Assembly (NCBI GenBank): GCA_028534125.1
Contig: CM052828.1
Location: 54,808,001-54,872,000 of the forward strand
Length of the DNA: 64,000 nucleotides
Direction of reading: 5' to 3'
Source: Lama glama
Lineage: Eukaryota
The notes beneath the pieces are model-generated. The model saw nothing but the letters and a program-made list of their open reading frames with translations. It made no database searches and was not told where the DNA came from. Below, piece after piece: positions 61,021-64,000 of this stretch. How positions within the stretch are numbered: position 1 is the first letter of the stretch; each line of letters begins with the position of its first letter. The position numbers and the translations under genes were made by a program.

Positions 61021-64000
61021 TCCACCAGCACACACACTCACACACCAATGCCACCTCCGAGTCTGACAGCCGAAGACAGAGCCTCCCTTCTCCCAGTGTC
61101 GATTTAAAAAAAAAAAAAAATCAATCGCCAGTGCTCAGTGGGATCGGATTGAACCTGCAGTTCTCAATCACCACGAAGAAAAGATGCAAATTTAGGTGCC
61201 CCCTCCCCTGGTCAGGCCGGTAGTAGGTAGAGAGCGCCACAGATCCCCTGCCTCCTTCCTCTCACTCTCCCAGTTTCCNNNNNNNNNNNNNNNNNNNNNN
61301 NNNNNNNNNNNNNNNNNNNNNNNNNNNNNNNNNNNNNNNNNNNNNNNNNNNNNNNNNNNNNNNNNNNNNNNNNNNNNNNNNNNNNNNNNNNNNNNNNNNN
61401 NNNNNNNNNNNNNNNNNNNNNNNNNNNNNNNNNNNNNNNNNNNNNNNNNNNNNNNNNNNNNNNNNNNNNNNNNNNNNNNNNNNNNNNNNNNNNNNNNNTC
61501 GAAGTCGCCCAACCGCCTGCACCCAGCCCCAGCCCCAACATGCGACCCTCTCCCTCCTCTGCCCATCTTGAATAGGCCTGCTACTTGCTCTTGGAGCCAG
61601 CTAACGGAGCCTTCTCCTAAAAGTGAATTGTGAAAAGGAAAATTAGCTGTAATTAGTAAACCTCAGGAAATACATGGGGGTGGGGGGAAGGCAGGGCTTA
61701 AATAGAACGGTTTAGTACCACTCCTCAGCCAAAATTAGCTCCGCCTTACATTTTCAAAAGCAGCATCTAAAGCATCTAAAATATTAAGGAAAACTCAAGT
61801 TCCTGTAGTTCCTATTATTTGACTCCTACTTAAAGGCTGTTTGAAAAATATAAACTAGGCATGTGACAAATATGTACTTACAGAAACTGCCTGTGAAAAA
61901 GGTAACCACTAAAATCAGGGTGACAAACTGTCTTTTGCTCAGGAGGGTCATATGTAAATAACAAAATGTATGCCTTTTCTAGGCAGACAACCCATTATCT
62001 TCAAATTTTTTTTGGTACTGAAAGCTCTCTGCTTGAATCACACCTTATTTCATTGCTTGTTTCTGCACCCATTAATTGAACTAGCATTAAATTCACCCTC
62101 GTTCACTAATCTACACTAATATACTACCTTGTCACCTGCCACCACGCTCTAACCTAACAAAATGAGCAGATTTTCTCTCTCATCAAGATATAATCCAGCT
62201 TTCAAATTTCCCAGAAAATCAAAAGATTTAGGACAGAGCTTTTGATTTCTTTTATCTTATTTAGGAAAAAAATACCAGGTCCAGAATAGTACAAACTATT
62301 ACAAACAATAATATAACAAACTCCAGTGTACACACTAGTCAAAATTAATAAATGTTAGTGTTTCATATTTGTGAGCTGAGCATTTTAGAAAGTTAAAATT
62401 GACCACTCTCACTGTTGTTAGGCAAATGAATTAAAGTTATGCCAGCTTATTTCCACTTTTATAGGAAAAGTGACATAAAACTTTAAATTTTAGAAAATAT
62501 ATTTAGAAGCTCTGTCTTAATTTCAAAAATTTAAAACTACGCCTCCACTGCATGGGCTATCAAACTATCTTCTAAACAAATAGATGTAGATTTCTGTTGA
62601 GGATTGATAGAAGAAACTGATTTTAAAGAAAATTAACTCCTTGATTATCAGTCATCAAAAATGAAAATGTAATAGACAATTTTCTCTCTGCTAGTGTTTT
62701 CTAATATTTAGGGGGATTTTTGAAATGCCAAAATTTGTATCCAATATCCTGAACCCTTTTGGGAAATGTTAGTTGATTTTAGGCAAGATAAGAAAGGAAT
62801 TTCAAACAAGTGAATTTTTTTGAAGTTAAGAAAATTGAAAGTTAAGTAGAGGTGTCCTCGATGTGCCTAAGGAACCAATCACATGATACAGCTTAAAGAG
62901 ATTACTAAGATTAATAGCAGTCTAAATAAAGTTTGGGAAACAAGGAAAGAGAAAATTCTAAGTCCATGAATTTCACGCCAAATGACTCAGAATCAGGCTG
63001 GAAAAAAATTGAAGAACAGAATTATTTTTTGAAAGAGGGAATATGGAATAGCATTGCCAAATAATTAGGGAAGAATTTGTGATCTCAATTAATCGGGAAC
63101 ACATACTACATGCTGCTTCTATGAAATTCTGGTGTCCTGTCAAGGGTTCCAGAATATCCTGATATATTACCACTGGACACATTCCAGAGGAACAGTTGTG
63201 TAAAAAAATATTCTCCATCAAGGTCTTCTGAACTCACACTGCTCTTAGATTCTGTAAAAGCTTGCTGAGTTCCCTGGGGTATTTCACAAGTAGAGTAAAA
63301 TTTGGGGAGATATTCTGGAATTACTGGCTCTTTTCGTACGCTGAGTGTGTGTAGAGAGAGTATTTCTCAAACCAGCTCCTCTTGCATTTCCAAATTAGAC
63401 TTCTCTACATTGTGAAAGTGAATTTAATCCCTATTAAAGTAAAGAATGACTGCCAGAAGCCTACGGTTTGTTTTGTTATGTATTGGTGGAAAACTTACTA
63501 CTTCTTGGTCCTGTGACCTTAGGAACAACATAAAAGGTAGTTAACTGTGACTGCTATTTATTGCGAATCTATTATACCAGGCACTATGTTAGTCACTTCT
63601 TTTCTTTTATGCGATTAAAAGAACGGATAAATCTTTTGTCATAATGAATGAAATTTCTACAGTTTTTTCTATATTTATCAATACATTATTTGCATTATGT
63701 AGGCTATTGGTCATATTATTAAACAAACAAACAAAAACCAAATACTTTTATCTGAAAAAGATGACCCAACACTGATTCAGGTCACCTTTGGTCCAAGGGA
63801 CTTGCAATTTCTAATGAGCTCTAAGGGACTCAATTTAATTTTTCAACCGATTATTTATTCAGCACTTACCCTGTGAAACTAACTGTACAAGACAACATGT
63901 TGTGTGCTAATTCATAAAATTAAACCAGATTTCCAGTTACACGATAAAGAAGACCGAGGGTGGTCTGCCTAGTTTAGGGAGGATGCAAAGATACATACAC

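Noticed and set aside
60168-61633. ORFs of 100-300 aa containing X runs (also at 3.7, 8, 18, 36 and 37 kb)
   Set aside because: Their length is created by N gaps. Only the L1 ORF2 flanks at 7.8-8.6 kb are meaningful.

Overview
Mammalian, very probably camelid, genomic DNA. The taxon call rests on a Vic-1-type tRNA-derived SINE at 49250-49400. The window is AT-rich, repeat-dense and has eight N gaps. I find no supportable complete host protein-coding region. The only ORF-track entries that read as real protein are transposon relics: L1 ORF2 at 7.8-8.6 kb and CR1/L3 reverse transcriptase at 14.3-14.6 kb. A frameshifted ERV gag matrix relic at 50.7-50.9 kb is visible outside the track. The layout fits the 5' end and long first introns of a large gene transcribed on the minus strand, which I cannot name. 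It has a large multi-start CpG-island region at about 58.6-61.6 kb (partly hidden by gaps) and a second compact CpG island at about 53.2-54.0 kb with RFX X-box, E-box and ETS motifs. A candidate ATG-bearing exon lies at 48705-48797 (-), followed by about 48 kb of intron-like sequence filled with L1, L2, MIR, CR1, MaLR/ERV1 LTRs and DNA-transposon MITEs. I see no evidence of a new multi-gene system. The best leads are regulatory and structural: a putative RFX-driven internal promoter with its own start exon, a Z-DNA-prone (CA)15(CG)10 tract, a MER53 hairpin, a nested L2/ERV/SINE insertion and a local ~95-bp duplication. Repeat subfamily names are recalled from consensus sequences, not from a search, and most repeat boundaries are approximate.
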